Source of the DNA: a virus
Lineage: Duplodnaviria; Caudoviricetes
Virus record (IMG/VR): IMGVR_UViG_3300011337_000477
Location: 1 to 26,621 of that record
Reading direction: 5' to 3' (one strand)
DNA length: 26,621 nucleotides
Part shown: piece after piece, positions 24,516 to 26,621 of the stretch
Layout of the letters: every line of letters starts with the position of its first letter
How positions within the stretch are numbered: the stretch's first letter is position 1
Made by a program: the position numbers and the translations under genes
The notes under the pieces: model-generated
The model's input: only the letters and a program-made list of their open reading frames with translations
Databases searched by the model: none
Told to the model about the DNA's origin: nothing

Positions 24516-25975
24516 CCGTACCAGTTAGTGCGCTACAGGCGTTTGCACCCGGCGCACTTATCGAGCTGTTTGAGCTGGAGCTAAACGCAGCGCAACACGG
24601 CGTAAACGAAACATACCGCTTCCATGCTGGCGTCAACGCAACGGGCAACAATGGCGACATCATCTGGAATAGCCAAGCTTACATGCGCTTCCCCCTTGAA
24701 GCAGAGGGATTTGAGTACAGCGGGCAAGGACAACTACCACGCCCTAAGTTGCGTATTAGCAACATCTTTGGCACCATCACAGCACTAATTCTGACGCTGC
24801 CCAATGGGCTAGAAGGCGCCAAGGTAACGCGCATCCGCACCTTAGGCCGCTACCTAGACGGCGCAAACTTTCCAGTCAGCGGTGACATCCTGCTAACAGA
24901 AGATAGCTTTGCATTGTTGCTGGAAGATAGCAGCTCTATATTGCTAGATCCAACCAACCCAACCGAAGACCCTACAGCAGAGTTTCCACGCGAGATCTAC
25001 TACGTTGACCGCAAGGTAGTTGAAACCCGAGACGTTATCGAGTTTGAACTAGCAGCAGTATTTGATCTAATCGGCGTTCGCGCACCAAAGCGTCAGTGCG
25101 TCAGCAACGTATGTCAGTGGAAATACCGTGGCCCCGAATGCGGCTATGTCGGCAACGCATACTTCAACACCAACAATCAGCCCGTGACGACACTGGCCGA
25201 AGACGCTTGCGGCAAGCAACTAAGCAGTTGTGAGCTGCGCTTTGAGCAGCAGTACCGCACTGGCTCAGTAACAGCTGGCAGCAATATCCTTACGCTTACG
25301 CAGGCCAGCTCATTCAGCGCTGGCGATCCAGTCACAGGCTTTGGCCTGCCCGCTGGTACGACCGTTGCAAGCGTAAGCGGCGCCCTAGTGACGTTGAGCC
25401 AGAATGCCACCGCCAGCACCGGCGTGGTGACAACTGGCACGATCCAAGGCAACTACACCCAAATTGTCGTATCAAGCGCCACGGGTATTACCCCCGGCAT
25501 GGCTGTAGTGGGAAACTACCTGCCCGCCAATTGCCAAGTAGTCGCGGTTTCAGGCACTACGGTTACGCTCAGCTCAACCGTAGACCTTACGCAATTTTTT
25601 ACAGTAGTTGGATCTGCCGGCGGAACTGCTTACGGAGCATCAGTCTATTACCCTCAAGCTACGTCGCTTTCTGTTGGATGGTTTATAGCTAGTAGCTTGC
25701 TGCCTCTTAATCGCTATACACAAATAGGAAATGTGCGCAGTGTTACCCGAAAAGGTGTATCAGGAAGAAATACATTTGTTACTAGGAATACCGTTGCCGA
25801 CCTAACGCAAAATACTGGGATACGCGATCAAACCGCCACTTGGACTTTTTACATTCCCACTGGCATCCCATCAGCCACCTATACATTCTTTGCAACTAAT
25901 CAGTCCTACACATTCAGGGCCAACGCAAACCTACCGTTTGGCTCCTTCCCTGGTGTCGGCACCTATACCACATGA
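24512..25975 (+). CDS. Minor tail protein L-like with inserted domains
   Basis: [70 protein letters not shown] (Fe-S cysteines) and terminal LPFGSFPG. Confidence 0.9.
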   Translation: MTVPVSALQAFAPGALIELFELELNAAQHGVNETYRFHAGVNATGNNGDIIWNSQAYMRFPLEAEGFEYSGQGQLPRPKLRISNIFGTITALILTLPNGLEGAKVTRIRTLGRYLDGANFPVSGDILLTEDSFALLLEDSSSILLDPTNPTEDPTAEFPREIYYVDRKVVETRDVIEFELAAVFDLIGVRAPKRQCVSNVCQWKYRGPECGYVGNAYFNTNNQPVTTLAEDACGKQLSSCELRFEQQYRTGSVTAGSNILTLTQASSFSAGDPVTGFGLPAGTTVASVSGALVTLSQNATASTGVVTTGTIQGNYTQIVVSSATGITPGMAVVGNYLPANCQVVAVSGTTVTLSSTVDLTQFFTVVGSAGGTAYGASVYYPQATSLSVGWFIASSLLPLNRYTQIGNVRSVTRKGVSGRNTFVTRNTVADLTQNTGIRDQTATWTFYIPTGIPSATYTFFATNQSYTFRANANLPFGSFPGVGTYTT

Positions 25976-26621
25976 CCTGGCAAGACAAGGCGCTGGAACA
26001 CGCGCAAGCTGAAGACCCCCGCGAGGCGTGTGGCCTGCTGGTCATCATCAAGGGCCGCAAGCGTTATGTGCCATGCCGCAATCTTGCAGCAAGCCCGAAT
26101 CAATTCTTCCTGCTGGACCCTGCTGATTGGGCGGATGCTGAAGACCAAGGCGAGATCGTCGCCATCGTGCATAGCCATCCCGTCACGCCGCCAACGCCAT
26201 CACCGGCGGATCGCGCTGCATGTGAGGCCAGCGAACTGCCGTGGCATATCGTCAACCCCAAAACCGGGCAGTGGGGCGAATGCACGCCATCTGGCTACAA
26301 GGCGCCGCTAATTGGCCGCGAGTGGGTGTGGGGCGTCCACGACTGCTGGACCCTCACCCGTGACTGGTACGCCGAGCATGGCATCACGCTCCGCGATTGG
26401 GAACGCTGCAACAACCCTGACGACTTCCAAGCAGAGCCCTACTTCGATAAGTGCTGGCGCGACACCGGCTTCCGCGAACTGGAGGAAGATGAAGAACTGC
26501 AGCACGGTGATGCACTGCTTATGGCCATCAACAGCACGGGCCTCAACCACTGCGCCGTCTACCTCGGCCATCAAGAAGTGCTGCACCCCATCCAACATCG
26601 ACCACGCGGACGTGACTTCTA
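25972..26621 (+). CDS. Tail assembly protein K-like (JAB/MPN + NlpC/P60), truncated by the window end; missing from the ORF track
   Basis: Manual translation: [23 protein letters not shown]...VPCRN...IVHSHP...SPADR...LPWHIV...[16 protein letters not shown]...GDALL...[12 protein letters not shown] overlap with L. Confidence 0.93.
   Translation, partial: MTWQDKALEHAQAEDPREACGLLVIIKGRKRYVPCRNLAASPNQFFLLDPADWADAEDQGEIVAIVHSHPVTPPTPSPADRAACEASELPWHIVNPKTGQWGECTPSGYKAPLIGREWVWGVHDCWTLTRDWYAEHGITLRDWERCNNPDDFQAEPYFDKCWRDTGFRELEEDEELQHGDALLMAINSTGLNHCAVYLGHQEVLHPIQHRPRGRDF

Larger units (their letters stand above)
1..26621 (+). mobile_element. Lambda-like siphovirus (phage or prophage) head and tail morphogenesis module
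   Basis: Co-oriented genes in canonical lambdoid order (terS, terL, W, portal, protease/capsid, FII, U, V, G/GT, H, M, L, K). No host genes, integrase or att site are in the window, so free phage and prophage cannot be distinguished. Confidence 0.97.

Noticed and set aside
26581-26621. Apparent loss of the usual LHH...LS motif in gpK (reads [13 protein letters not shown])
   Set aside because: It lies in the last 40 nt, where end-of-contig errors are plausible. There is not enough evidence to call the protein inactivated.
1-26621. Host assignment to picocyanobacteria and GGCGCC as an iterated palindrome
   Set aside because: The gene style is reminiscent of freshwater cyanobacterial siphoviruses, but no host marker is in the window. 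GGCGCC is explained by Gly-Ala codons, and I did not notice HIP1 (GCGATCGC).

Overview
The whole window is the virion morphogenesis operon of a lambda-like long-tailed (siphovirus) phage or prophage, with every credible gene on the + strand. The order is: small and large (gpA-type) terminase, gpW-like protein, lambda-type portal, and an 894-aa fusion of an unknown domain, a Tudor-like domain, an HK97-type protease and the major capsid protein. Two small head proteins follow. A ~5.4 kb fibre/adhesin cassette (8037-13390) is inserted between the head and neck genes. After it come an FII-like head-tail joining protein, an Mtd-N-like protein, the tail terminator and tail tube, G/GT chaperones with a GGGAAAC -1 frameshift, a 2249-aa tape measure with an internal NlpC/P60-like domain, a tandem-duplicated gpM, a gpL with large insertions, and a gpK truncated by the window end. 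The most unusual element is the fibre cassette. It appears to be its own transcription unit, carries three unrelated putative adhesins with similar short N-termini, and links them by overlapping mini-ORFs. Also notable are putative peptide docking tags on structural proteins and two recurring intergenic motifs (CTARRCT and TARGCNGCGCCRCT). All family assignments come from motif recognition by eye; no searches were run.
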